Positions 1 to 8,958 are shown, numbered from the stretch's first letter. The stretch is DNA of 61,567 nucleotides from Alphaproteobacteria bacterium (GCA_009926845.1 RFOF01000001.1:1-61567), one strand, 5' to 3'. Program-made: numbers and translations. Notes: generated by a model from the sequence alone, not told the origin.

Positions 1-77
1 AAAAACGCCCATGGGACAATTCTGGGACAGTTCAAAATAACAGGTGGCGAAAAGCAGCAATAAAGAGGACTCCCAGC

Positions 78-179
78 GTGCGCATATCAAAAGTCACAAT
101 TAGCAACTTTCGCTCGATTAAACATGCAGAGATTATCCCATCTGAGTTCAATATATTTGTTGGACAGAATAGAGCCTAA
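78..179 (+). pseudogene. N-terminal remnant of an AAA/OLD-type (RecF-like) ATPase, stopping just before the Walker A motif
   Basis: A GTG at 78 sits 8 nt after AGAGGA. The translation is MRISKVTISNFRSIKHAEIIPSEFNIFVGQN-RA*. This is the stereotyped N-terminus of OLD/AAA_15-type ATPases, which normally continue with xxGKS. The stop is at 177-179. Confidence 0.35.
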
Positions 180-568
180 CGAATTTTTGGTTGGGACAGA
201 TAATTTATCGCGTTCAAGCTGCGACTCCCAGGCAACTTTACGCCTATGTGCTGTTGCATCCTGTGCACTGCTATCGAACGTATATGAGGTAGATTTCTTC
301 CTGCATCATCAAAACGCTCACACTCATTCCACGCATAATTCCCATTTATTACCAGATACGGCTGATCATCAACGGGATTGGTTACGCAGAGAAGGCTTTC
401 CAGCGCAGGCCAATCATAGGTGACAAATCCCCTTGCTTAGTCAACGTATACAGCTCGCAAAAACACCTAAGCGTCTATAATTAAAAGAATTATTTCTGTG
501 AATTAGCCACTTGCTGGCTGAATATCAGCCATTCAATGGTTAAAAACCCATTCTGAAACAGGCCTTGT

Positions 569-1363
569 ATGTCAAGTTTTGCAGCGGAAAAACTTGACAT
601 ATACCCCATAAAAAGCGATAATCTGTATATGAAACAAAACCATTCACATCACGCGCCTCGGGCAACTTCGGCATTGGTTCGTCACCGTATAGAAAAAGGT
701 GGCGAACGCTTATGGCGTTTTGAGGATTTTCAGGATCAATCCTTCCCTGCGGTTGCCAAGGCTTTGTCTCGCCTAATGCAGGACGGGTTCATAGAGCGGT
801 TAAGCAAAGGTACCTATTATCGCACACGCCAGACTGCTTTTGGGAAAAGCAGGCCGAACCCGAGCGCATTACAAAAGTTGGCCTCCGCAGATTCGCGCTT
901 ATTTCCTGCAGGCGTTACAGCGGCGAATCTTCTTGGCTTCAGCACACAAAATCCCAAGCGTAGTGAATTGGCAACTTGCGCTTCCAGTGTGCCGCGTAAG
1001 TTAGTCGGCAACGATGCGGTAGTGCATACGCGCAGACCACAATCTTGGCAGAAGCTATCCGAGCTTGATGCCGCGCTGCTCGATTTTTTACGCAATGGCG
1101 GAAAGACAGGTGAGTTGTCGGGACACGAAACCGTTGAAAAAACATTGTCGCTGCTATCGCGAGATGGTCGTTATCAACGTCTTGCAAAAATAGCGACTGA
1201 CGAACCACCGCGTGCGCGCGCAATGTTGGGCGCATTAGGGGAAATGCTTGGAACGGATAAGCGCACTCTAAGCACCTTACGTTCCTCGCTAAATTCACTG
1301 TCACGTTTTGATTTTGGTGTTTATAGTGCATTACCAAACGCGAAGGCGTGGTATGCAAAATAA
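569..1363 (+). CDS. abiEi: AbiEi-family type IV toxin-antitoxin antitoxin-like transcriptional regulator
   Basis: It is a 264-aa ORF. The N-terminal winged-helix-like segment (LSRLMQDGFIERLSKGTYY) and the following PAGVTAANLLGFSTQNP motif are typical of AbiEi/DUF6088 proteins. It sits directly upstream of an AbiEii gene. The true start may be the ATG at 629 (MKQNHS...). Confidence 0.6.
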   Translation: MSSFAAEKLDIYPIKSDNLYMKQNHSHHAPRATSALVRHRIEKGGERLWRFEDFQDQSFPAVAKALSRLMQDGFIERLSKGTYYRTRQTAFGKSRPNPSALQKLASADSRLFPAGVTAANLLGFSTQNPKRSELATCASSVPRKLVGNDAVVHTRRPQSWQKLSELDAALLDFLRNGGKTGELSGHETVEKTLSLLSRDGRYQRLAKIATDEPPRARAMLGALGEMLGTDKRTLSTLRSSLNSLSRFDFGVYSALPNAKAWYAK

Positions 1364-1374
1364 AGACACCAATT

Positions 1375-2334
1375 ATGAAACTATCGCAGCATCCTGATTT
1401 TGAACAAGCGATCCTACGCGCCGCAGAGCATTTTGCAGCTCGCGGCCTTCGCCCCGCACTGATCGAGAAAGACTATTACGTCACCGAAGCATTACGCGCA
1501 TTGGTTCAGGAAGCTGGCGATAAAGTAGTTTTCAAAGGTGGCACCAGCCTTTCCAAGGGATGGAATCTGATCGAACGCTTCTCTGAAGACATTGATATTT
1601 TTCTCGATCCGCAGGCATATACGCCACCGCTTGGCACCAATGCGATTGATCGCAACCTCAAGAAATTGCGTGATGCGGTGGAGACGGTGCCACTCACTTT
1701 TCTAAAAGAGGAAAGCAGAACATTTGGTGGGTTTGGGCGTAACGATAAATTTGGCTACACGCCCCTATTCGGTGCGCCTGGTGAAGTTGCCCCACGCGTC
1801 TTACTGGAATCAGGCATTGCAAGTGGTCGAGAACCCACAGAGACGGTGCAGCTGCATTCTTTCCTTGGCCAGTTTCTAAATGAAACGGGTACATCGCTGG
1901 GCGCATCCGATGAGCAGCCCTTCAATATGCGGCTTCTACATTTTCGGCGCACATTTGTTGAAAAGCTGTTTGCTATCCATAAGCGTATTGAGATGCTCAA
2001 AGAAGATGGAACGCCTGTGGGTTCACAAACACGGCATTATTACGATCTTTATCATCTGGGTGGACGTGATGAAGTGCGGCAAATGCTAAAGTCCGATGAA
2101 TATGCGGAACTCAAAATGGATTATGACCGTATAACGCGCAAATATTTCCCTGATTACTATTGCTATCCTGAGGGGATGGTTTTTGCCAAAAGCGAAGCAA
2201 TTTTCCCTACCGCAGAAATATCGCATCTGGTTGAGCCTGAATACGAGCAGCAGTGCAAACTGCTCTGTTACGGCTCATACCCATCATGGCCTGAGGTCTT
2301 GGCTAGGTTTGATGAGCTGAAAGAGTTGCTATAG
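1375..2334 (+). CDS. abiEii: AbiEii/AbiGii-family nucleotidyltransferase toxin (DUF1814)
   Basis: Motifs IEKDYYVTEALRAL, FKGGTSLSKGW and RFSEDIDIF match the AbiEii nucleotidyltransferase fold. The ORF track starts at a GTG at 1348. The ATG at 1375 (MKLSQHPDFEQAI...) fits the family N-terminus better. Confidence 0.8.
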   Translation: MKLSQHPDFEQAILRAAEHFAARGLRPALIEKDYYVTEALRALVQEAGDKVVFKGGTSLSKGWNLIERFSEDIDIFLDPQAYTPPLGTNAIDRNLKKLRDAVETVPLTFLKEESRTFGGFGRNDKFGYTPLFGAPGEVAPRVLLESGIASGREPTETVQLHSFLGQFLNETGTSLGASDEQPFNMRLLHFRRTFVEKLFAIHKRIEMLKEDGTPVGSQTRHYYDLYHLGGRDEVRQMLKSDEYAELKMDYDRITRKYFPDYYCYPEGMVFAKSEAIFPTAEISHLVEPEYEQQCKLLCYGSYPSWPEVLARFDELKELL

Positions 2335-2339
2335 CTTCA

Positions 2340-2364
2340 AGTAGTCAAGGAATCCTTGACTACT
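2340..2364. terminator. Perfect 11-bp stem hairpin 6 nt after the abiEii stop
   Basis: AGTAGTCAAGG-AAT-CCTTGACTACT. A second hairpin, AATAATCC-CGATTA-GGATTATT, lies at 2401-2422. Both sit between convergent genes. Neither has a clear U-tract. Confidence 0.45.
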
Positions 2365-2471
2365 GAGTGGTTAGGAATTTTCGAATAAGTGAACCAAAAG
2401 AATAATCCCGATTAGGATTATTTACGGCTCAAACAGGTGTTTTTGTCGATAATGCTCCCGCTCGGGATGAT

Positions 2472-3047
2472 TTAATCATCCACGAACCCCTGCGCGGTGA
2501 ATTTATACAGCACCTTGGCGTTGGGGTTGGATTTCAGCGGCGTATCCATTTTGTAATCGACGGTGGGGTCGATGTGGTCGGCGTAACGTGCCACCCAGTC
2601 GAGCCAGTCGGCTTGCTCGGATGCGGTGGCGTTGGGAAACTGTTTCACCGCCTCCAGATAGTGGCGGGTGCGGCGGGCGATTTCCATATCGCGCAGGGCA
2701 ATCTTTAGGCGGCGCACGCGCTGGCGCTCGGTCATCGTGTCGGGTTTTTGCACGCGGCGTTTGTCGTTGGCTTTGGCGAGCTGTTTCGCGTCACGATCCA
2801 CCGTGATTTCGGTGGGGGTGTCGGCTGGTGCTGGGCGCAAGATAGGTTTGGTGGTCGGCTGGCCGTAGGAACGTTTCGCCCAATAGCCACGCGGCGGGCG
2901 CGGGATTTTCATCTTCGTGCAGATTTTGGCGAGGCCGACATCCGACAGCCCATACTGTTTCGCCAGTTGGAGGATCGGCACTGACCAGATTTCATCATAG
3001 AGCTGGTCGCGTTGGAAGGTGATAACTTGGGCAATCTCTCGCTTCAT
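2472..3047 (-). CDS. Conserved hypothetical protein with an N-terminal HTH-like segment
   Basis: It is a 191-aa ORF. The N-terminal segment WSVPILQLAKQYGLSDVGLAKICTKMKIPRPPRGYWAK resembles a recurrent proteobacterial hypothetical family. The middle is basic and the C-terminus acidic. Coding-like composition holds over the full length. Confidence 0.6.
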   Translation of the reverse strand: MKREIAQVITFQRDQLYDEIWSVPILQLAKQYGLSDVGLAKICTKMKIPRPPRGYWAKRSYGQPTTKPILRPAPADTPTEITVDRDAKQLAKANDKRRVQKPDTMTERQRVRRLKIALRDMEIARRTRHYLEAVKQFPNATASEQADWLDWVARYADHIDPTVDYKMDTPLKSNPNAKVLYKFTAQGFVDD

Positions 3048-3099
3048 CCTCTATCGGATAAGCTACTGGCAGCTGAGGTCAATCGTCTTTTTTCAGATT

Positions 3100-3705
3100 T
3101 TAGTTGGTTGCAACCGTTCTGAATGTCAACGAAATGCGGCGTGTACGTGGGAAAGACTCGCCTTGCCACTTATCATTTTGACGGGCGGGGATTGCGTGTT
3201 GCCACTGGTAACGCGCATCGGCGGACAGTGCGAGCAGGCTGCACGGCTCCAGCAGGTGGGATTGTTTCTCGCTGGTGGCGCTATGAACGAAATCCATCAC
3301 GCAAGCGGAGCCAAGACTTAGGGAAGCGATGGTATTGCCGAAGCATGGCACACAATCAATATGGGAGGAGATGCCCTGGCCGGGTTGGTATTCATTGATA
3401 ATAACTTGATCCGGCACGCGGGAGAAAATGCCATCGGTGGCCAAACGCTGGCAGAGTCCATCTAACCAATCCGGTATCGGCCCGATTCGCAAATCTTGCG
3501 TGATACCACGAGCCTTGTAGTCGTAACGCCAGCCATAATGCTGTACGCGCCGCTTGAGATCATGCAGCCAAGGCTGGTGGTCGATGGTAGCAATCAACGC
3601 GGCTTCGGCGTTGGCATCGATGAAATTGGAAATATAGGCCAATCCTGGGATATCGGGTTGGTTGCCAGCGGATAAATTAAACAGCGATGTTTGTGCGTTA
3701 TTCAT
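3100..3705 (-). CDS. alkB: AlkB-family Fe(II)/2-oxoglutarate-dependent dioxygenase (nucleic-acid demethylase)
   Basis: It has HYGWRYDY, INEYQPGQGISSHIDC (the HxD motif), a distal WQHAIP histidine, and RISLTFR (2OG-binding Arg). The start is taken at the ATG at 3703-3705, one nt after the upstream gene's TGA (3707-3709). The track ORF extends to 3768. Confidence 0.8.
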   Translation of the reverse strand: MNNAQTSLFNLSAGNQPDIPGLAYISNFIDANAEAALIATIDHQPWLHDLKRRVQHYGWRYDYKARGITQDLRIGPIPDWLDGLCQRLATDGIFSRVPDQVIINEYQPGQGISSHIDCVPCFGNTIASLSLGSACVMDFVHSATSEKQSHLLEPCSLLALSADARYQWQHAIPARQNDKWQGESFPRTRRISLTFRTVATN

Positions 3706-3706
3706 A

Positions 3707-4204
3707 TCAGCGTCTAAAAACCCAGGTTCTAAATTTGCGATGATGATCAATGGCGCTTTCATCTTCATTGGTCATGGTATGTTCATAACCCGGAAATTCC
3801 GATGGCTCAAATGGATAAGAGGCAGGATCTTTAAAACCAGCAGCCTCTGCTGCTTCATCGAATTGGAACGCGCCGTGATAATGCGGGCTGTCAACGGCGG
3901 AGATTAATACTTTCCCATTACCTTGCAGTTGACGAGCAGCACTTTTTAGAAAATCTCGCACTAGGATAAAATTCGGGTTACGGCCTTCAACGGGCTCCCT
4001 GCTGCCTACATGGGGGAATTGGAAAACGATATTATCAAATTTCCAGGAACCCAGCGCCGATGCGAGCTTGGCGGCATTAACACTATGCAAAACAATAACG
4101 CCCAAAGATTGCAGTTCCTTCGCGTTCGCTGCTGCCTCTTGGGACAAATTGTTTTTCGCCTCATAGGTCGATGCCACCAACTGCGATGCATTGATTTGCG
4201 GCAT
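3707..4204 (-). CDS. DUF2431-like Rossmann methyltransferase-family ORF, apparently missing the N-terminal SAM-binding glycine motif
   Basis: The segments VASTYE...SLGVIVLHSVNAAKL...KFDNIVFQFPHVG...NFILVRDFLKSAARQL...YPFEPSEFPGYEH follow the DUF2431 (yeast Bmt5-type) order. There is no LxVGEGDFSFS-like segment. An in-frame stop lies 6 codons upstream of the ATG. Confidence 0.5.
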   Translation of the reverse strand: MPQINASQLVASTYEAKNNLSQEAAANAKELQSLGVIVLHSVNAAKLASALGSWKFDNIVFQFPHVGSREPVEGRNPNFILVRDFLKSAARQLQGNGKVLISAVDSPHYHGAFQFDEAAEAAGFKDPASYPFEPSEFPGYEHTMTNEDESAIDHHRKFRTWVFRR

Positions 4205-4234
4205 AGTTCCATAGGGAAATTATGCAGGCAGGGA

Positions 4235-4393
4235 GCCCTACCCCTTCACCAATTTTCCAAGGAAGGTGCGCACGTCGCCGCGCAGGTGATGTTTGTTAAA
4301 AATGACAGCGAAGGATGCTGGGTCAATGGCGCAATTGGTATCGTGCAGAAACTTGATTTTCAGGTGCCATTAGGAACCCAAAAGCTATACTAA
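4235..4393 (+). pseudogene. Short internal fragment of a PIF1/RecD-like helicase
   Basis: The tail of ORF 4010..4393 reads LPLHQFSKEGAHVAAQVMFVKNDSEGCWVNGAIGIVQKL. This matches the conserved L-x-L-x-x-G-A-x-VM-x-x-x-N-D...W-x-NG-x-x-G-x-V block of PIF1-type helicases. No other part of a helicase is present. Confidence 0.35.
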
Positions 4394-5610
4394 GCTGCGA
4401 GTTTTTTCTGTAGCGTGTCATAATCCTGCACGCCGGAAATGTCGCCCAGCGCAGCTACCGTGAGTTTTCCGCCAGCGATATTTTCTGCCAGTTGCAACAC
4501 ATCTTCTTTGGTGATGGCGTCCACGCGGCGTGCGATGTCGGCGGCCTGACGATATTCCCCGAACAACAATAAATGCCGCCCTATCCAGCCTGCCACGCTC
4601 TGCGGATTTTCGCGCGCCATCAGCAGTTCGGCCTTGTGTTGGTTTTTCGCGCGGTTCATTTCCACGTCAGAAATTTGTTCGGTCATACCCGCCACTTGTT
4701 CGCAGAGAACGCCCGAAAGTTCGCCTGCTTTTTCAGGCGCGGTTGCCGCATAAATGCTCATCAGCCCGCAATCCTCATAGGCTGAGCCCATGGAATACAC
4801 GGTGTAGGCCAGCCCGCGCTTTTCACGCACTTCTTGGAACAGGCGCGACGACATGCCACCGCCGAGGATGTTGGCATAGATATTCAGCGCATAATAATTC
4901 GGCGCGTGCATCGAAATGGCGGGCAGCCCCATCACCAGATGCAGCTGCTCAAGGTCGCGCTTGGTGCGCGTGTCGCCGCCTTTGTAAATAGCGGGGGTGA
5001 AGGCTTGCGCGGGTTGTTTTTCAGGGAAAACAAAATATTCGCGGGCGAGCGCAAGCGCTGCCTCATGCGTTATATTTCCGGCCAGCGACAACACCATGCG
5101 CGTTGGCGTGTAGTGCTTGCCCATATAAGTAATCAAATCGTCGCGCGTGTAGCCCGCCACGCGGTCTTCAGTGCTCAAAATCGAGCGGCCAAGCGGCTGC
5201 TCGGGGAAGGCGGTCGCGTCAAAATAATCCACGATTAAATCATCCGGCGTGTCGTGATGCATCGCAATTTCCTGAATCACCACGTCTTGCTCGCGCGCCA
5301 GCTCATCGGCGGCAAACACCGAGTTCTGCATGATGTCCGCCAAAACATCCACCGCAAGGCGCGCATGTTCCTTCAGCACCTTCGCGTAATACACCGTCAT
5401 TTCCATCGAGGTATAGGCGTTGACCTGCCCGCCGATATTGTCGAATGCCTCGGCGATGTCGCGGGCGCTACGGGTTTTGGTGCCTTTGAACGCCATATGC
5501 TCCAGCAGATGCGAGATGCCGTTTTCTTCGAGTGATTCATAGCGCGCGCCAACGCCGACGGTCACCGTCACCGCCACGCTTTCCACGCCGGGTAAAAATT
5601 CACTCGCCAC
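4390..5610 (-). CDS. M16-family zinc metallopeptidase (insulinase / processing-peptidase-like)
   Basis: It has GISHLLEHMAFKGT (the inverted HxxEH zinc motif) and family-typical length and order. The track ORF starts at a GTG. The natural N-terminus appears frameshifted upstream (see the finding at 5611-5650). Confidence 0.85.
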   Translation of the reverse strand: MASEFLPGVESVAVTVTVGVGARYESLEENGISHLLEHMAFKGTKTRSARDIAEAFDNIGGQVNAYTSMEMTVYYAKVLKEHARLAVDVLADIMQNSVFAADELAREQDVVIQEIAMHHDTPDDLIVDYFDATAFPEQPLGRSILSTEDRVAGYTRDDLITYMGKHYTPTRMVLSLAGNITHEAALALAREYFVFPEKQPAQAFTPAIYKGGDTRTKRDLEQLHLVMGLPAISMHAPNYYALNIYANILGGGMSSRLFQEVREKRGLAYTVYSMGSAYEDCGLMSIYAATAPEKAGELSGVLCEQVAGMTEQISDVEMNRAKNQHKAELLMARENPQSVAGWIGRHLLLFGEYRQAADIARRVDAITKEDVLQLAENIAGGKLTVAALGDISGVQDYDTLQKKLAA

Positions 5611-5707
5611 GCGCAGGCCATTAGGGGAGGGTAGTGAGTTGATAGGTCATCAGGTGCAGCCCAAAAGATATATCTGTAAATGGGCCACGACCCCGCACAC
5701 TGTCAAG

Positions 5708-6616
5708 CTAAAAACGTCCGATTCTACTTTGCTGCTGCGCGTGCGCGGCGGGGTTCAGCTCTTGCAGGGTTTGCGGGGAGAGTTTTTGGTGCGAAACGAT
5801 GTAGTGCATAGCGGCAACCAGCCCCTGATCGGCCACGCGCATACGCGCGGTGGTTTTGACGAAATCGAACGGTTCGTCGATGTGTTTTTCTGTGGCGATA
5901 GCTTGCGCTGCGCTTTTGATTTTTTCAGCAGCGGGCGCGTGGTGAATGCCAAGCACGTTGCCCGCGTTCATATACGAGGTGGTGGCTGCACCCTGCAGTG
6001 CTTCCAGTGCTTGCTGAACGGCCAGATTCGTCTCGCCGCTTTGCAACATTTCAGGCGCAAGAGACACACAGGCCTCCAGCATCTCCGCTTTGAAATTAGC
6101 TGCCTGCGCTGATTTCAAATACGGCGGGTCGCTCGGTGCGTTCATATGTTGCCATTTGGGCGCTTTCATCACTGCGAGGAAGGCCTCTTCATTGATGGGT
6201 TCGGCCTTGCGGCTTTGCGTGCGTTCGGTGGCGCGCAGCGTGCGCTCGGCGGCTTGCGCGGCCAGTAGCGCGTTCTTATCTTCTTTGGAAGTATAGCCTA
6301 ACTCAAAACCGATAACACCAACGGCCGGAACGCCTTTTGGCACGCCATTGCCATAATTCACCAAGGTGCGCGCGGCGAGCATGGCCTCGTTAGAAACATT
6401 GCGTTCGTCAGCAATTTTGAGCCAGCTTTCATCGCTCGCCAGTGCGCTTGCGGTGAGGCCTTGCGTGTTTTCACCGAGCGCGACAAAACGCGCCTGCACT
6501 TCAAGCGTGCGGGCTTGCTGCGCTTCGGTCAGCAGGCCAAAATTCTGCGCCAATTGACAGAAACATCCGTTCAGCTGGTCGCGTGTCGTCTGGGTGTTTA
6601 GGTTGGTTTCGGGCAT
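5708..6616 (-). CDS. Hypothetical protein (Ala/Gln-rich, no recognised domain)
   Basis: It is a 302-aa ORF with coding-like composition. Its C-terminal roughly 45 aa recur as a fragment at 46714-46941. Confidence 0.55.
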   Translation of the reverse strand: MPETNLNTQTTRDQLNGCFCQLAQNFGLLTEAQQARTLEVQARFVALGENTQGLTASALASDESWLKIADERNVSNEAMLAARTLVNYGNGVPKGVPAVGVIGFELGYTSKEDKNALLAAQAAERTLRATERTQSRKAEPINEEAFLAVMKAPKWQHMNAPSDPPYLKSAQAANFKAEMLEACVSLAPEMLQSGETNLAVQQALEALQGAATTSYMNAGNVLGIHHAPAAEKIKSAAQAIATEKHIDEPFDFVKTTARMRVADQGLVAAMHYIVSHQKLSPQTLQELNPAAHAQQQSRIGRF

Positions 6617-6743
6617 TTTTACACATCAAAAAGATTAGGGATGGAGCTATACTAGCCCAAAATATGCTAATCGTTTGTTACAATTTTGTGAACTTTCTCC
6701 GTGCAAAGCCATGGCAAGCCTGAAAACGAATAACCAATTGATA

Positions 6744-7520
6744 TTAATCAACACTTGACGGTGGTTTTGGGGGCGTCACCTTGCCGCCTTTTTTCAGGCG
6801 TTTTTTATATTCCTCGTAGAATTTCATATTTTCCTGCGCTTTTTTGGCCGGAAGATCCTTCAAATTGAGTGCCAGTGCCTTTTTTTTGTCGCCCCTTAGC
6901 CCGTAAGCTAGCGCCAGATTCTGTCTGATCGTTGGGCTGCCACCGGTTGCTGCTAGCGGTTCCAGCAAAGCAATGGCCTCGTCCCACTTACTGCTGAGTA
7001 TCAGTGACATCGCAAGGTTGTTTTGCACCTTGGGCGCGTCGGTAGGCTGCATCAACAGTGCTTTTTTATAGGTTGCTTGCGCGTTAGCATGGTCGCCCAT
7101 TGTATCGAGCGCCACGCCAAGGCCATTGATGGGCGCGAAATTCTGTGGCTCTAGCTTTGCCCATTCTTCAAAAACCTTTTGGGCTTCCGCACCTTTGCCC
7201 GCACCGATCAAGCTATAGCCCAGTTCTTTGAGAATACGGGGTTCATGATCGTCAATATCGTACGCTTTTTGCATGACATTGACGGCTTCCGTGCCGCGCC
7301 CCATTTTGCGCAGGATACGCGCCAACTCAATATATGCATCGATATTTTCTTCATCCTCAGCCACTTTCGCATAGATGGTGGCAGCCTCATTTAGATGCCC
7401 GCTTTGTTTAAAGCCATTGGCCATTTGCATCATGCTTTTCTGGCCATCGCTTTGCTCACTTTTTTGCGGCGCGCAGGCGGCAAGTAACAAGCAAACCAAT
7501 GGAATGAGAATCAAGCGCAT
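6744..7520 (-). CDS. tadD: TPR-repeat lipoprotein, TadD-like (Flp/Tad pilus assembly)
   Basis: The signal peptide carries a lipobox (LLLAAC). Tandem TPR-like repeats follow (AxxxYxxAL pattern). It lies directly downstream of TadG/TadE-like genes on the same strand. Confidence 0.65.
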   Translation of the reverse strand: MRLILIPLVCLLLAACAPQKSEQSDGQKSMMQMANGFKQSGHLNEAATIYAKVAEDEENIDAYIELARILRKMGRGTEAVNVMQKAYDIDDHEPRILKELGYSLIGAGKGAEAQKVFEEWAKLEPQNFAPINGLGVALDTMGDHANAQATYKKALLMQPTDAPKVQNNLAMSLILSSKWDEAIALLEPLAATGGSPTIRQNLALAYGLRGDKKKALALNLKDLPAKKAQENMKFYEEYKKRLKKGGKVTPPKPPSSVD

Positions 7521-7547
7521 GAAAACCCCTTTATGTTTATCTCAACT

Positions 7548-8945
7548 CTACTGGCTGATGCGTAAATTCGCAAGAGAATCCCCTATTTGTTTGAAGATGG
7601 TGTTCAGTGTGCTGGTGGTCGGCGATAGAAAATAGAACTCGGGTTTGCTGGCGCAATTGCGGAGCATGGTTTGGCTGGTGTTGTTGATTTGTGTGCCCAG
7701 CGCAATCGTGTAGATGACAACGCCTTGCGCTTTCATGCTCGTGCAGACATTGGTGGTTCGCGTGTTGAGCTGTGTCACTGCGGCGCTTGAGTTCGTGGTG
7801 CCAAGTTTGCCATTGCTTAAATACCAATATGCACCACGGCTGCCGTTGTCGATGGTGTTGTCGCCGTCGGTCATGAGCACGACAACTTTGGTCATCAGCG
7901 GCGTATTATAATCCTGTGGCAGGTCATTGGTTGCCATTTCGCCTGTCCACACGCCACGCCAACGTGGAGATAGCATGCGCCATGCCCACGACATCCCCGT
8001 GACAATATGTGTATTGCCAACGGCCTGCATGCTGTTGATGTTGTTGATGACCGTGCTTTTGCTTGCGGTCATTGGTGTGATGGGCTGCGCGCAATATTTG
8101 TTGGGGCCAAGGCTCGTGGTATTGAGTCCTGATTTATATTTTATTGTTCCGCTAGTGGAACAATTATCACGGTTTGTATTGGTTCCATACCATTTGTTAT
8201 TTGTGTCGCACGGCCAATAATATTGCGGGAATTTTGCCACTGATGGTGGGTCGTCGGTGACGTCGAGTCCACTGGCTTCGCGCGCATCAACGCAGCCATA
8301 CCAGCTGGTTGTGCCCCAGTTGAAGCTATTGGTAGAGAGCCAGCTGCTGTTGCTGGTGCCGATGTTGACCGCTTGAGAAAAAGGCACCATTCCAACCCAG
8401 AGGTTTTCCGCGGTGGTACCGCCGCCGTAGAGTGCGTCCAGCAATGTGGTGCCGGCGCTTTTTGCAGCTTGTAGTTTGGTCACGCTGCCACCAGCGGATT
8501 GTGCCATTGATCCGGTGTTGTCCATTACCAGCACCAGCTCCATGCCTTTATTGGCGCGTGTTATCTGCGAGTCTGCGGCAACGTAGGCACTGCTTAGCCC
8601 AAAGAGTTTCATAAACGTGAGATCGACCAGACCATCCACATGCAGTGCGAGGATGGTATTGTAAGGATTGGCGCTAACGGTCAGATGCTTGACCTGTGTT
8701 CCCATGTAGCCGCTGGGGAAATTCGCATAGAAATATTTGTTGGTTTCGCTGTTGATATCTGAAGTATTGACCACGCTGGCTGCCGCAAGCCCTGCACTAT
8801 CGAGCGCATTTTGCATACGCGACTGCACGATCTGCACGCGCCCCATATCCACCGCCGCGCCGACGGCACCCAGCAGCGAAAAAAGGGCGACGCCCACCAT
8901 TGGCATGACCGAGCCGCGCTCATTATGAAATAGTTTTTTTAACAT
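7548..8945 (-). CDS. TadG-like pilus assembly protein with a von Willebrand factor A domain
   Basis: The N-terminus is TadE/G-like and hydrophobic (ERGSVMPMVGVALFSLLGAVGAAVDMGR). A vWA MIDAS-like motif follows (LVLVMDNTGSM ... VVLMTDGDN). The start is taken at the ATG at 8945, which follows a strong AAGGAG SD. The track ORF extends to 8969. Confidence 0.75.
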   Translation of the reverse strand: MLKKLFHNERGSVMPMVGVALFSLLGAVGAAVDMGRVQIVQSRMQNALDSAGLAAASVVNTSDINSETNKYFYANFPSGYMGTQVKHLTVSANPYNTILALHVDGLVDLTFMKLFGLSSAYVAADSQITRANKGMELVLVMDNTGSMAQSAGGSVTKLQAAKSAGTTLLDALYGGGTTAENLWVGMVPFSQAVNIGTSNSSWLSTNSFNWGTTSWYGCVDAREASGLDVTDDPPSVAKFPQYYWPCDTNNKWYGTNTNRDNCSTSGTIKYKSGLNTTSLGPNKYCAQPITPMTASKSTVINNINSMQAVGNTHIVTGMSWAWRMLSPRWRGVWTGEMATNDLPQDYNTPLMTKVVVLMTDGDNTIDNGSRGAYWYLSNGKLGTTNSSAAVTQLNTRTTNVCTSMKAQGVVIYTIALGTQINNTSQTMLRNCASKPEFYFLSPTTSTLNTIFKQIGDSLANLRISQ

Positions 8946-8958
8946 AAAAACTCCTTGT

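Noticed and set aside
124-423. 99-aa plus-strand ORF at the window start
   Set aside because: It has no recognisable motif and an odd composition. It overlaps a longer start-less open frame on the minus strand (...TYDWPALESLLCVTNPVDDQPYLVINGNYAWNECERF...) that looks more protein-like but also has no start codon. The region is treated as decayed sequence and not annotated.
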